Of a stretch of 60,061 nt of DNA, positions 17,786-27,258 are shown in pieces. Origin of the DNA: Patescibacteria group bacterium (GTDB lineage: Bacteria > Patescibacteriota > Minisyncoccia > Phycocordibacterales > Phycocordibacteraceae). Location of the stretch: NCBI GenBank assembly GCA_038062175.1, contig JBBTXR010000001.1:75701-135761 (forward strand), written 5' to 3'. Position 1 is the stretch's first letter; the number at the start of each line of letters is the position of its first letter. The notes below the pieces were generated by a model, which was not told the DNA's origin, did not search any database, and saw only the letters and a program-made list of their open reading frames with translations. Made by a program: the position numbers and the translations under genes.

Positions 17786-17978
17786 GGTGAATATTAGTTC
17801 GCAAATTAGCTCCCTCCGGATGATAGAGACGTCTACCTAAAGCTTCCGTGACAGCGCTACCCTCTATCATTACCCCAAATGGGATGAAAGGGAAGATGAA
17901 GCGAAAATCATTAATCTGTTTCTCATCCGCTAGGTCGTACAGTACGCGCATATCAGCTCATAACGTAGGCAGATCTAT

Positions 17979-18194
17979 ATGGCAACCATAGTCAACAATC
18001 CCGGGAATTCAGATAGCGGCGCAGGAGCAACCGCAGGGCTCGTAACCGCAATCATTGTCGTGGTCGCACTCGCACTCATCGCGCTCTTCGTTTGGCCTGG
18101 CTTTGGAACAGGAGGTGGCGGAGGCGGAACCAACGTAAACGTTGAGGTTCCCGCACTTGATGCAGGTGCCGGTGGTGCAGCAGCAGGACAGTAA
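17979..18194 (+). CDS. Small single-TM protein, NNPG-motif paralog 1
   Basis: MATIVNNPG, TM helix, Gly-rich tail; own terminator. Confidence 0.75.
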   Translation: MATIVNNPGNSDSGAGATAGLVTAIIVVVALALIALFVWPGFGTGGGGGGTNVNVEVPALDAGAGGAAAGQ

Positions 18195-18212
18195 TACGGG
18201 ATACTGACGTAA

Positions 18213-18248
18213 AAGATGAAGCCCTCGCACTTGTGAGGGCTTCATCTT
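18213..18248 (+). terminator. Terminator
   Basis: AAGATGAAGCCCTC...GAGGGCTTCATCTT. Confidence 0.8.
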
Positions 18249-18316
18249 AACCTTTCGCTCATCCTTAGCGTCATACCATTGTCCTGTTTGATCACTAACA
18301 CTTGATATATACGGAT

Positions 18317-18586
18317 ATGGCAGACATCATAAATAACCCGGGAGATAATCGAGGTGGAGGCTCGACGGCATGGATCCTCGGACTGGTCGTTATCGTGCTT
18401 CTCGTTCTCTTCCTCATCTTCCTCCTCCCTACGTTTGCAGATAATCGGGAGACAACGACCGATACAGCAAACGATGACGCAGCAGGGGATACCACAAACA
18501 ACACTATTCTCCCGCCGCCAGTGGTGAATAACACCATCATCAACTCAACGTCGACGATCAATAACTCAACGACGACAACGCGCTAG
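18317..18586 (+). CDS. Small single-TM protein, NNPG-motif paralog 2
   Basis: MADIINNPG, TM helix, Thr/Asn-rich tail. Confidence 0.75.
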   Translation: MADIINNPGDNRGGGSTAWILGLVVIVLLVLFLIFLLPTFADNRETTTDTANDDAAGDTTNNTILPPPVVNNTIINSTSTINNSTTTTR

Positions 18587-18598
18587 ACAGTATAAGAA

Positions 18599-18629
18599 GA
18601 AAAGAGTCCCTCGCTGAGGGACTCTTTTC
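18599..18629. terminator. Bidirectional terminator
   Basis: GAAAAGAGTCCCTC-gct-GAGGGACTCTTTTC. Confidence 0.85.
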
Positions 18630-19475
18630 CTATTCCTTCGCATCAAGGGTAAGACGCAACACTTTGCTAAAGGCGTAGGGATCAAGCGTGCCTGCGTAGC
18701 CAATGCTTTCTCGATACTGCGTCAGGTCATAGCGCATCTGGGTTCTTGCTTCAGAGGCGTCCTCGAGCTGAATGAAGCCTTCGCGCATGAGGTAGGTGTC
18801 GGAGTACCCAGTCAGGATCCAGGAGTAATGGCGGGGAAGGGTGCCGGGGTAGTGCTTGTTTACGATCTGCGCGAGGAGATTCGTGCAGTTGGCGGTCAGG
18901 GTATTGTAGAAGCGAGGATTTGCTGCGAGCACATTCGTTTCCTCGGCAAGCGAGTGCAGGAGTGATTCTTCGGCTCCTTGAGGCAAATCAAGCGGGTACA
19001 TGCGTACCGGATGATTCAGGTACACCAGGCGACGGGTAATGAAGTCGCGCTCAGTGCCCCACTGGTAGGAGAGGTCGTAGGCACGGAACGCTCCTGCAAG
19101 TGCTTCGTACTTCTCGCCCTCTTCACGCCTTGCTTCTATCGAGAAGGAAATTGTTCCGCCATCATTAAATTCAAATGTAAGGAAGGTATGCCCCACGGCC
19201 TTCCAGTCCCCAAACGGTTCGATAACGAACCAGACCTGCTTCACATCCTTCGGGTTGATTGCAAGATCTACCCATTCTTTGGTGAGGGGGCCGGTTGCGT
19301 CGTAGGTCCAGTCACGAGCGTTACGAATGATGATCTCGTCCTCGCTAATTTCTGCAATAGCTGTCTTTGACTGTTCTTCGATCCAAGGGCGATCAAGCTT
19401 TGCCTCGAGGGTGAAGTAGTTAAAACCAAGGATCACCAAGAGGGTGAGGACGATGCCGGCGATGAATTGAGCCAT
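18630..19475 (-). CDS. DUF4105-domain protein (His-before-Cys permuted papain-like fold)
   Basis: GHTFLTF, SIEARRE, FYNTLTANCT; N-terminal TM helix. Confidence 0.8.
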   Translation of the reverse strand: MAQFIAGIVLTLLVILGFNYFTLEAKLDRPWIEEQSKTAIAEISEDEIIIRNARDWTYDATGPLTKEWVDLAINPKDVKQVWFVIEPFGDWKAVGHTFLTFEFNDGGTISFSIEARREEGEKYEALAGAFRAYDLSYQWGTERDFITRRLVYLNHPVRMYPLDLPQGAEESLLHSLAEETNVLAANPRFYNTLTANCTNLLAQIVNKHYPGTLPRHYSWILTGYSDTYLMREGFIQLEDASEARTQMRYDLTQYRESIGYAGTLDPYAFSKVLRLTLDAKE

Positions 19476-19579
19476 AGGCCTAAGTATAGGCCATTCATCT
19501 CCCGTTCATTCGAAAGCCGTATGCTCACATCGGACGGCGTCTATAGTGATGCCGAACAGGGAAATAGGGGAGCTCAGTA

Positions 19580-20428
19580 ATGAGCGAGTGGGCGATAGAT
19601 GAACAAGAACAAGCTTTACTTGAAGCGGCTGACCTGGCCGTTTCGATCATCAAGGAAAACAAGGTCCCTTTCGTTAAGGAGATGAAGGTGGGGGTGCAGG
19701 GTCGGAAGGACTTCTGCACCTGGATTGACCGAGAAATTCAAAAGGAGGTCGTCTCGTTCCTCAAAGCACGCTATCCGGATCACGGATTTCTGCATGAGGA
19801 GGCGGATGCAACGATTAAGCCGTGGGATGGGGAAAGCCCCTACTTCACGATTGATCCGGTAGATGGGACGCAGGCTCTCATCGATAATCAGCTCCATCTC
19901 GTCTGCGTCATGATCGCAATGGTGGATGCAGACGGTCGGGAAGTGGCCGGCTGCATTAAATATCTAAATGGAGATGCGTATAGTTTTGGTCCATCGCATC
20001 CGCACGTCTTCTACACCTCGGAAGGGAATCGGCGACCGCTTGATGCCTCACCGAAGGATAGTAGTGGATTAGTACTGTTGCGGCGGCCGTTTGAGCTATA
20101 CCGTTCGCTTACGTATAAACTTATCGAGCAGGTAGATGCCTTCCGGTTCTTGAAGGAGTGCCTTGGCATTTGGACTCCCAGACTCTGGCAGCGTGAGTTC
20201 TGTGCTGGTGTGCTCTGGCATGACTCCGCGCATACGCCATGGGATATGACTCCGATTATCGCGATGTCCCGCAGGCTCGGGTACGTGTTCCTTCGCGCGA
20301 CTAGGGACGGTAAGCGGTTCGAATGCTTTGATCTGAAACTTCCAACCTGTGCAACGATTCGCGGGTATGACCTCGTCATCATCCATAAAAACGATCTTTC
20401 TCTGGTAGAGCCTCTTCTGCGAAAGTGA
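19580..20428 (+). CDS. Divergent inositol monophosphatase/FIG-family phosphatase
   Basis: FLHEE, IDPVDGT and PWD metal-binding motifs. Confidence 0.75.
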   Translation: MSEWAIDEQEQALLEAADLAVSIIKENKVPFVKEMKVGVQGRKDFCTWIDREIQKEVVSFLKARYPDHGFLHEEADATIKPWDGESPYFTIDPVDGTQALIDNQLHLVCVMIAMVDADGREVAGCIKYLNGDAYSFGPSHPHVFYTSEGNRRPLDASPKDSSGLVLLRRPFELYRSLTYKLIEQVDAFRFLKECLGIWTPRLWQREFCAGVLWHDSAHTPWDMTPIIAMSRRLGYVFLRATRDGKRFECFDLKLPTCATIRGYDLVIIHKNDLSLVEPLLRK

Positions 20429-20484
20429 CTGCAGAAGCTGCCGGAACTGACCCTCGCGCAAGCGAGGGTCTTCACTTTGCCTCA

Positions 20485-20530
20485 TTGACACTTCATTCCT
20501 CCTGGAATAACATTCAACCGTATGGTTAAA
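20485..20530 (+). promoter_or_regulatory. Promoter and operator of the ArsR-SRPBCC operon
   Basis: TTGACA-17-TAACAT; palindrome AACC-gtat-GGTT overlaps +1 and the ATG. Confidence 0.7.
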
Positions 20531-20845
20531 CATCCCATGCACCTGGATACCGTATTCCATTCACTCTCCGACCCTATCCGTCGGGATATTCTTGAGCGCG
20601 TAACGCATAAGGAATGGTCCGTTGGTGAATTGGTGGAGCTGCATGAGGTGAGTTTCGCAGCGGTCTCAAAGCACGTGAAGGTGCTCGAAGAAGCCGGACT
20701 CATCAAGAAGCGGAAGGAGGGACGGCACCATATGATCTCGCTTGCGCCCAAAGCGCTCAAAGAGGCAGATGCGTACCTGGAACGGTATCGACGTATGTGG
20801 CAAAGCCGCTACGACAAGTTAGATGCATTACTCAAAGATAAGTAG
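20522..20845 (+). CDS. ArsR/SmtB-family transcriptional regulator
   Basis: FHSLSDPIRRDIL, AVSKHVKVLEEAGLI. Confidence 0.92.
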   Translation: MVKHPMHLDTVFHSLSDPIRRDILERVTHKEWSVGELVELHEVSFAAVSKHVKVLEEAGLIKKRKEGRHHMISLAPKALKEADAYLERYRRMWQSRYDKLDALLKDK

Positions 20846-20851
20846 AACACT

Positions 20852-21358
20852 ATGGATAAAGTACACGTCACCAAAGATCTGGAGAACAAGATACTCACCA
20901 TCGAACGATCGTTTGATGCGCCAAAGGAGAAGCTCTGGAAGGCCTATGCAGACAAGCAATGGTTTACCCGTTGGTGGGGTCCTGAGGGATGGGAGACAAC
21001 GGTGAAGGAATTTGATTTTGTCCCCGGTGGTAAGATCCATTACGGTATGAAGTGTGTGGATGAGAATCAGGGTGAGTGGTTTGGGAAGGAGTCCTGGGGT
21101 CTCATGGTTCTTGAATCGATTGATGAACCTACCAGCTTCTCAGCCAAGGATTACTTCTCTGATGTTGATGGAGTGGTAGATCCAACTCTGCCTGCGCAGA
21201 AGTTCACCGTCGAACTCATTGAAGAGGGAGATAAGACTCGTCTGGTTACTCGCAGCATAACCGACTCGGCAGAACAGCTCGAGCAACTCGTTGCGATGGG
21301 TATGATTGAAGGATTCAGCAGTCAGCTCAATAAGCTTGAGAAGTTGCTAGGGGAGTAA
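20852..21358 (+). CDS. SRPBCC (AHSA1/CalC-like) domain protein
   Basis: IERSFDAP, WWGPEGW; the usual partner of this ArsR subfamily. Confidence 0.9.
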   Translation: MDKVHVTKDLENKILTIERSFDAPKEKLWKAYADKQWFTRWWGPEGWETTVKEFDFVPGGKIHYGMKCVDENQGEWFGKESWGLMVLESIDEPTSFSAKDYFSDVDGVVDPTLPAQKFTVELIEEGDKTRLVTRSITDSAEQLEQLVAMGMIEGFSSQLNKLEKLLGE

Positions 21359-21377
21359 GGTCAAAACTATATTCAAC

Positions 21378-21405
21378 AAGAAAACCGCCCGAGGGCGGTT
21401 TTCTT
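21378..21405. terminator. Bidirectional terminator
   Basis: AAGAAAACCGCC-cgag-GGCGGTTTTCTT. Confidence 0.85.
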
Positions 21406-21607
21406 CTGTATAGGGTGGACATGGCTGATCAATTATGGAACCAGTTAGAAACCTTTGCCTTTGGGTCAGAAGCATTAATTAAAGAGCTGGGAATACGAGT
21501 TTTATCACGGTAAAGCACCCGATAGGAGCCACAGGTAGGCAATAGAACACTCATGTATGGGGGGATGGTAAAAAAGTTCATGAAGAGTAGAGTTACCGCA
21601 CAAACCT

Positions 21608-23254
21608 ATGCATGAGACGGCCTCCACCAGTCCTTACATAATTCCACCCACTAATCCATTTCCTTGGAGTGACCTCGTGATGGAGCTTGCGCGCTCGGGG
21701 CCATTCTGGGGTGCCGTCAGTGTAATAGTGATAGTACTCAGTGCCCTTCTTCTCTTCAGAGAACCCATCAGTGTTTTTTTGAAGAATGTTAAGCGTGCCA
21801 GATTTGGTAAGGACATGGTGGATCTTTCATCGGGGGATGCGGCAACCCAGGATGCGTCAACAGATACGGGGGAGACCGAAGTTTCTGACAAGGAGTACGA
21901 AGAAGAGAAAAAAGAAGATACGAAAGGCGATGCTGAGGACGCAGAACGTAGTACTTACGTGGAGTGGCGTACAGAACTCTTCATTGCAGCCATCATCACC
22001 CAGGATCGTGATCGACTCGAATATGCATACACGCAAATGTTGAAGTATGCAGAGGATGATCTGACCAAGAAAAAGGCGAAAGTCATATACCTACAGATGA
22101 AACAAGGTCTCGGGAATAACGATGCCTTGGTTGAATTGAAATCAATATCCGGAGACATTGATGTGCAATTTGAGGTCAATATGGCACTCGGTCATTGTTA
22201 TGTGAACGCAAATGATTTCAAGAGAGCAATTTCTCATTACGAAATAGCACAAACACTTGCGCTGGGTGATGAAGAGAAAACATCACTCGCTGGAAATTAT
22301 GCTTCTGCACTCTATCGAGACGGTCAAAAGGAGACCGCGATTACTCTTTTAGGAGAAATGATCTCAAGGGTTGAGTCCGATCCTGCCAAGGGAGAACTTT
22401 ATGCTGAGTTAGGGAAAATTTATGAGAATGAGGACGATTATGAAAACAGAGCTTTTGTAATGGATAAAGCGCTAGCCTTGAAGCCTGGGAATACAGGCCT
22501 CCTTTTCGATGCTGCGTACGCTTATTCTAAGAGTGGATATGAGGAGCTTTCGCTCCTTCACTACGTCAATGCAAAAAGGATCAACCCTAAAGATAGCTCG
22601 GTAAGGAATAATCTCGCTGTTCAGTACGACAACCTGAAGATGCCCTTCAGGTCGGTCGAAAATTATAAGAAGGCTGAGGAAGAAGGTAGTACATTAGCCT
22701 CGGCTAACCTGGCATACCGCTTAATGGGCGCAGGATTTGAGACAGAGGCTACCGAAATTCTGGATGCGGCAAAGGTAAAAGAAGATGTTCATCCAAATGT
22801 AGGTTCCGCTGTTTCTGAGATCGCAAAAAGGAAAGATGCTGAAGATGATACTGAGAAGAAGGTCACCAAAAGAGCTTTGGTGCAGAGGAAGTTTTTTCTC
22901 GAATTTGCCGATGCAAGACATATCCCAGGCGCTCTCTTAGAGGCAGTGTCTGGAAATTGGACTTCTGACTCCGAAATACCATTTTCAATTGAAGTTAAAG
23001 ACGGGGTTGTTACCGGTATTTGGATAGAGCCAGGATTCGGAGATTACGTGCAGGAGTTCAAATTTGAGGGCCTAATTCAGAACAATAGCTCAAAGCTTTT
23101 GATTTCAAGGAAGGAATACAATGCGGCTTATGAAAGGGTATATAAGTCGAAGGGTAAGGGTGGTTATCTTTTCGCTACCTCGGATGTGCAAATGCAACTA
23201 ATGATCATTGGAGAGTACGGTGAGAAAAAGGTTCTACATCTGAAGAGGGTATAA
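21608..23254 (+). CDS. Membrane-anchored tetratricopeptide-repeat protein
   Basis: TM helix, acidic linker, several TPR-like units (ALGHCY..A...AISHY; ALALKPGN; INPKD..VRNNLA); AT-richer than its neighbours. Confidence 0.8.
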   Translation: MHETASTSPYIIPPTNPFPWSDLVMELARSGPFWGAVSVIVIVLSALLLFREPISVFLKNVKRARFGKDMVDLSSGDAATQDASTDTGETEVSDKEYEEEKKEDTKGDAEDAERSTYVEWRTELFIAAIITQDRDRLEYAYTQMLKYAEDDLTKKKAKVIYLQMKQGLGNNDALVELKSISGDIDVQFEVNMALGHCYVNANDFKRAISHYEIAQTLALGDEEKTSLAGNYASALYRDGQKETAITLLGEMISRVESDPAKGELYAELGKIYENEDDYENRAFVMDKALALKPGNTGLLFDAAYAYSKSGYEELSLLHYVNAKRINPKDSSVRNNLAVQYDNLKMPFRSVENYKKAEEEGSTLASANLAYRLMGAGFETEATEILDAAKVKEDVHPNVGSAVSEIAKRKDAEDDTEKKVTKRALVQRKFFLEFADARHIPGALLEAVSGNWTSDSEIPFSIEVKDGVVTGIWIEPGFGDYVQEFKFEGLIQNNSSKLLISRKEYNAAYERVYKSKGKGGYLFATSDVQMQLMIIGEYGEKKVLHLKRV

Positions 23255-23322
23255 ATCGCAATCACTTAAGTTTTGCGAGAGCTTGCTTATGGAACTGCAG
23301 AAATGTCAGTGCCTATAAAAAT

Positions 23323-23345
23323 TTTCGCCCTTGTTCAGGGCGAAA
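23323..23345. terminator. Terminator downstream of tmRNA
   Basis: TTTCGCCCT-tgttc-AGGGCGAAA. Confidence 0.7.
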
Positions 23346-23357
23346 TGTTACTAGATG

Positions 23358-23763
23358 TGGAGGTGGCGAGAGTCGAACTCGCGTCCGAATCCGTTTCTGA
23401 GGACGAGTCTACGACGCATAGCTAGTGTTGGTTGTTCGACAGAAGCATAGGAACGCTAGCGAAAACGCTTCTGCCTAATCCTGTTGTTTAGATCAAACGC
23501 CTAGGAGAACGTCGATCGATCACGTAGGTGATTCCGCCCCCACCTGCCGCTACGTGAACCGGGCAGGGAAGACGTCGCATAGGCGAAAGCGCGAAGCTTT
23601 TACGCGTAGGCGAACGCAAAGTCCTTAGCACCGAAGTACGGGGACTTTACGCTTGCATTCGAAGTGTTTGCAAGTATTGGTGTTTGCGTTGATATAGCGG
23701 TCAGCAAACTTCCGCTGCGTCGCACGTCTCTCAAAGTACAGACCGTCAAAGCCGGTCACCCCC
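23358..23763 (-). ncRNA. ssrA: tmRNA
   Basis: 5' GGGGGTG...TTTGAC; 3' T-arm GCGAGTTCGACTCTCGC plus CACCTCC-A with G3.U70; tag ORF at 23671-23600; next to smpB; CCA not encoded. Confidence 0.93.
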
Positions 23764-23812
23764 GTTCTGGACACTCGTCAGGAGAAGAGTGTCCAGAACG
23801 CGACTGGCCCGC

Positions 23813-24259
23813 TTATCGTTTCGCGCGCAATGCTCGCTCCATGTCGAGCTTTGCGTCAGCACGCTTCAGGTCCTCTCGCTTATCGGCTTTTCCTTTACCT
23901 TTTGCGATAGCGACCTTCACCTTTAAATACCTACCCATATTATACACCTCAAGCGGGACTGTTGTCAACCCCTTTTTCGATTCGGCATCAGCAAGTTCTG
24001 CGATTTCTTTCTTAGAAAGGAGAAGACGGCGCACGCGCTCCGGTTCATACGACTCAGGGGTGTTCTTTACCTGGTACGGCGGGATAGTCATGCCAACGAG
24101 ATACGCCTCACCACCTCGCACAATCACCCGGGCACCCTCAAGAGACCCGTGCTTGGCGCGCAGGCTCTTTACTTCGGCACCTGAGAGCTCAAGGCCCGCG
24201 ACATAGGTGTCGAGGATCTCAAAGCGTAGGCCCGCTTTCTTGTTTACTATGAGGCTCAT
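23813..24259 (-). CDS. smpB: SsrA-binding protein
   Basis: NKKA, AGLELSGAEVKSLR, RLLLSKKEI, DKREDLK. Confidence 0.96.
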   Translation of the reverse strand: MSLIVNKKAGLRFEILDTYVAGLELSGAEVKSLRAKHGSLEGARVIVRGGEAYLVGMTIPPYQVKNTPESYEPERVRRLLLSKKEIAELADAESKKGLTTVPLEVYNMGRYLKVKVAIAKGKGKADKREDLKRADAKLDMERALRAKR

Positions 24260-25125
24260 AGAGCTACGGTATCGCGCGCAGGCGATAAGCGGAAGAGCTC
24301 CTCGATCTCGTCACGTTTAGCGAGCAGGTCCTCGTATCCCATGGTGAAGGCTTCAACGACCTTTCTGCGCTCACGACTATAGAGCACTGTGGGAAGCGTG
24401 AAGGTGGGGGAGACGAGGGTGAACTTAATCCCATCCGGCCATTCAATCGTTTGACCTCGCTCCATGTCACGCAGCATTGCTTTTCGTAGACCCGGAGAGA
24501 GAAGTGCGCCATAGGTGCGCAGGATGAACTTGCCGATCTTGGTTGGCGCATCGGTGTTCGTGATGCAGAGAATGCGGGTAGCTCCCGCCTTGATCGCCAC
24601 ATCAATCAAATCCACCATCCCGCTTGAGAAGTCGCCATCAAGGTATGACTTGCCGCCCAGGTTCACGTGTCCGTTGTACAGAAGTGGGATCGCGGTTGCT
24701 GCGCGAATGATCTCGTAGGGATTCATCCAGAGATGGTTGTCGATGAATTTGGTTTCTCCGGTTTTGGTATCGGTCACCGGTACAAAGAATTGTGTGTTGC
24801 TACTCTCTGCTTTCTCAACATCAAGGGGCAGGTACGTCTTTGAGATCGTATCTACTAGATAATTGATACGAAGTGCAGGGAAGGGGGCATAGCGAATGAA
24901 CTGACGTGAGGGAATGAACTTGGTCCATGCTTTCTCGATGTCGTCATATTGCTCTGCGAGGTAATAGAACATGGCACCCACCGAGCCCGATGCGGAAACA
25001 AAGATGTCGGGATTCGTGATTTTGAGTTCACGAGCAAGCGCGACAAGCGCGCCTGCAGAATAGGCACATTTCATGCCGCCACCTGACGTGATAATGGCAA
25101 CCTTTTCATTCTTCATCGTTTCCAT
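24256..25125 (-). CDS. Patatin-like phospholipase (divergent)
   Basis: SGGGMK oxyanion loop, SASGS nucleophile region, YLDGD; start at ATG 25125 or 25116. Confidence 0.8.
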   Translation of the reverse strand: METMKNEKVAIITSGGGMKCAYSAGALVALARELKITNPDIFVSASGSVGAMFYYLAEQYDDIEKAWTKFIPSRQFIRYAPFPALRINYLVDTISKTYLPLDVEKAESSNTQFFVPVTDTKTGETKFIDNHLWMNPYEIIRAATAIPLLYNGHVNLGGKSYLDGDFSSGMVDLIDVAIKAGATRILCITNTDAPTKIGKFILRTYGALLSPGLRKAMLRDMERGQTIEWPDGIKFTLVSPTFTLPTVLYSRERRKVVEAFTMGYEDLLAKRDEIEELFRLSPARDTVAL

Positions 25126-25169
25126 AGCAATTCCGCTTATTGTATAGTGATCTCTACTAAGAACAAAAA

Positions 25170-27125
25170 ATGGCACCAATCACTCCAAACAAGAAAGGAC
25201 CGCAGAAAGTGACTCAGGGGAAGAAGGGAGGCAAGGATCCCTTGAAGGGAAAGGGTTCCCAGTTCATGCGACCGGGTACGCCTGGGTTCATGGGCAATCT
25301 CCTATCGACCGTTCTCGTGTTCCTGCTTCTGATGAGTCTGTTCTCGCTCTTCTTCGATCCGGGACGAACAAAGGAGGAGATCACGCTTTCGCAGGTAGCC
25401 TCTGATGTGAGGACGGGTGCGATCACCGCCATCAAGGTTGAAGGGAATACCCTCAAGCTCTCCTATGCTGAGGGCGTCGAGAAGAAGTCGATGAAGGATC
25501 CTGATCAGGGACTTCCCGATACGCTTGCAGTGTATGGGGTGACTCCTGAAGAACTGACCCGCACTCCGATCACGGTTTCAACCGAGTCGGGGTTCAAGTA
25601 CTGGTTCTTCAATCTTGCACCGATTCTGCTCCCGATCATCTTCCTTGCAGTTCTCTTCTGGTTCCTTACGCGTCAGGTACGGGGTGCTGGCATGCAGGCG
25701 TTTACCTTCGGACAGAGTAAGGCGCGCATGATCGATCCGGCAGATACCTCCCAGCGCATCCTCTTCTCAGATGTTGCAGGAGCCAAAGAAGCAAAGGAGG
25801 AACTTGCAGAAGTTGTGGACTTCTTGAAGAATCCGAAGAAGTTCCTCGACATTGGTGCACGTATTCCAAAGGGAATACTTCTCATGGGTGCACCGGGAAC
25901 GGGTAAGACGATGCTTGCACGCGCCGTTGCGGGTGAGGCGGGGGTGCCGTTCTTTTCCATCTCAGGTTCTGAGTTCGTGGAAATGTTTGTGGGAGTGGGA
26001 GCGTCACGGGTGCGTGATCTGTTTAACATGGCGAAGAAGGTTGCTCCGGCGATTATCTTCGTGGACGAGATCGATGCGGTGGGACGCGTGCGTGGCACCG
26101 GTGTTGGTGGCGGAAACGACGAGCGCGAGCAGACCCTGAACCAGATTCTGGTTGAGATGGATGGATTCGATCCGTCAGAGAAGGTGATCATTCTCGCAGC
26201 AACCAACCGTCCTGACGTGCTTGATCCGGCGCTTCTGCGTCCTGGTCGCTTTGACCGTCGTGTGGTGCTTGATCTTCCAGACCGAAAGGATCGTCTTGAG
26301 ATTATGACCGTGCACTCGCGCAAGAAGCCGTTTGGTCCTGACGTGAATCTCGAGGTGATCGCAGAGCGCACGCCTGGGTTCTCAGGTGCGGAACTCTTCT
26401 CACTCATGAACGAGGCAGCGATCCTTGCTGCACGAGAGAATCGCAAGGAGATCACCCAGTACGACCTCATACGCTCCATTGAGAAGGTGATGCTTGGTCC
26501 AGAGCGTAAGTCGCATCTTCTTTCGAAGAAGGAGAAGCTCGTGACGGCGTATCACGAAGGAGGTCACGCACTCGTTTCCTCCGTGCTTCCGTACGCCGAC
26601 CCCGTGCACAAGATCTCGATCATCAGTCGTGGTCGCGCAGGTGGGTACACGCTTAAGCTTCCGTTTGAAGATAGGAAGATGCAGTCGAGGAAGGAATTCC
26701 TTGATGACATCGCAGCAACACTCGGAGGATACGTGGCCGAGGAACTCATCTTCGATGACCTCACCACTGGTCCTTCTAACGACCTCTCAGTGATTGCTGA
26801 TCTCGCTCGCAATATGGTCGCGCGCTACGGTATGAGCGAGAAGATTGGTGCTGTTGCGTTTGCGACTGATCATAACAATGCCGGAGCCTCTTATTCGCAG
26901 GAGGTTGCGAAGCAGATCGACGCAGAAGTCTCCCGCATCATTGACGAGGCAAAGGTGAAAGCGCACAAAGTGCTCGTTGATCATCGTAAGGCACTCGATG
27001 CAATTGCGATGAAGCTTGTCGAAGTTGAGACCCTTGAGCGAGAAGAGTTCGAGAAGCTCCTGATTGCAAACGGCATTACGCCGAAATCAAAAGAGGAGGA
27101 AGAGTCACCGAAGGTGGATATCTAG
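25170..27125 (+). CDS. ftsH: ATP-dependent zinc metalloprotease FtsH
   Basis: Two TM helices, [20 protein letters not shown]. Confidence 0.97.
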   Translation: MAPITPNKKGPQKVTQGKKGGKDPLKGKGSQFMRPGTPGFMGNLLSTVLVFLLLMSLFSLFFDPGRTKEEITLSQVASDVRTGAITAIKVEGNTLKLSYAEGVEKKSMKDPDQGLPDTLAVYGVTPEELTRTPITVSTESGFKYWFFNLAPILLPIIFLAVLFWFLTRQVRGAGMQAFTFGQSKARMIDPADTSQRILFSDVAGAKEAKEELAEVVDFLKNPKKFLDIGARIPKGILLMGAPGTGKTMLARAVAGEAGVPFFSISGSEFVEMFVGVGASRVRDLFNMAKKVAPAIIFVDEIDAVGRVRGTGVGGGNDEREQTLNQILVEMDGFDPSEKVIILAATNRPDVLDPALLRPGRFDRRVVLDLPDRKDRLEIMTVHSRKKPFGPDVNLEVIAERTPGFSGAELFSLMNEAAILAARENRKEITQYDLIRSIEKVMLGPERKSHLLSKKEKLVTAYHEGGHALVSSVLPYADPVHKISIISRGRAGGYTLKLPFEDRKMQSRKEFLDDIAATLGGYVAEELIFDDLTTGPSNDLSVIADLARNMVARYGMSEKIGAVAFATDHNNAGASYSQEVAKQIDAEVSRIIDEAKVKAHKVLVDHRKALDAIAMKLVEVETLEREEFEKLLIANGITPKSKEEEESPKVDI

Positions 27126-27136
27126 AAAGAAACCTT

Positions 27137-27174
27137 GCTGAAAATCGCCGGTCCCAGGACCGGCGATTTTCAGC
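27137..27174 (+). terminator. Terminator
   Basis: GCTGAAAATCGCCGGTCC-ca-GGACCGGCGATTTTCAGC followed by a T tract. Confidence 0.85.
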
Positions 27175-27258
27175 TTTTCTCTATCAATTCTTTATAAAAA
27201 TTTGAACTCTTAAATCATAGAGTTCAGCCATGCACATTAATGTTCATATCATATATGT

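Noticed and set aside
17820-17870. ATGATAGAG/CTCTATCAT 9-bp inverted repeat as an ncRNA
   Set aside because: A single stem without further support; could be a leader hairpin or chance
23664-24206. 180-aa + strand ORF
   Set aside because: Antisense to smpB and overlaps the tmRNA 5' end
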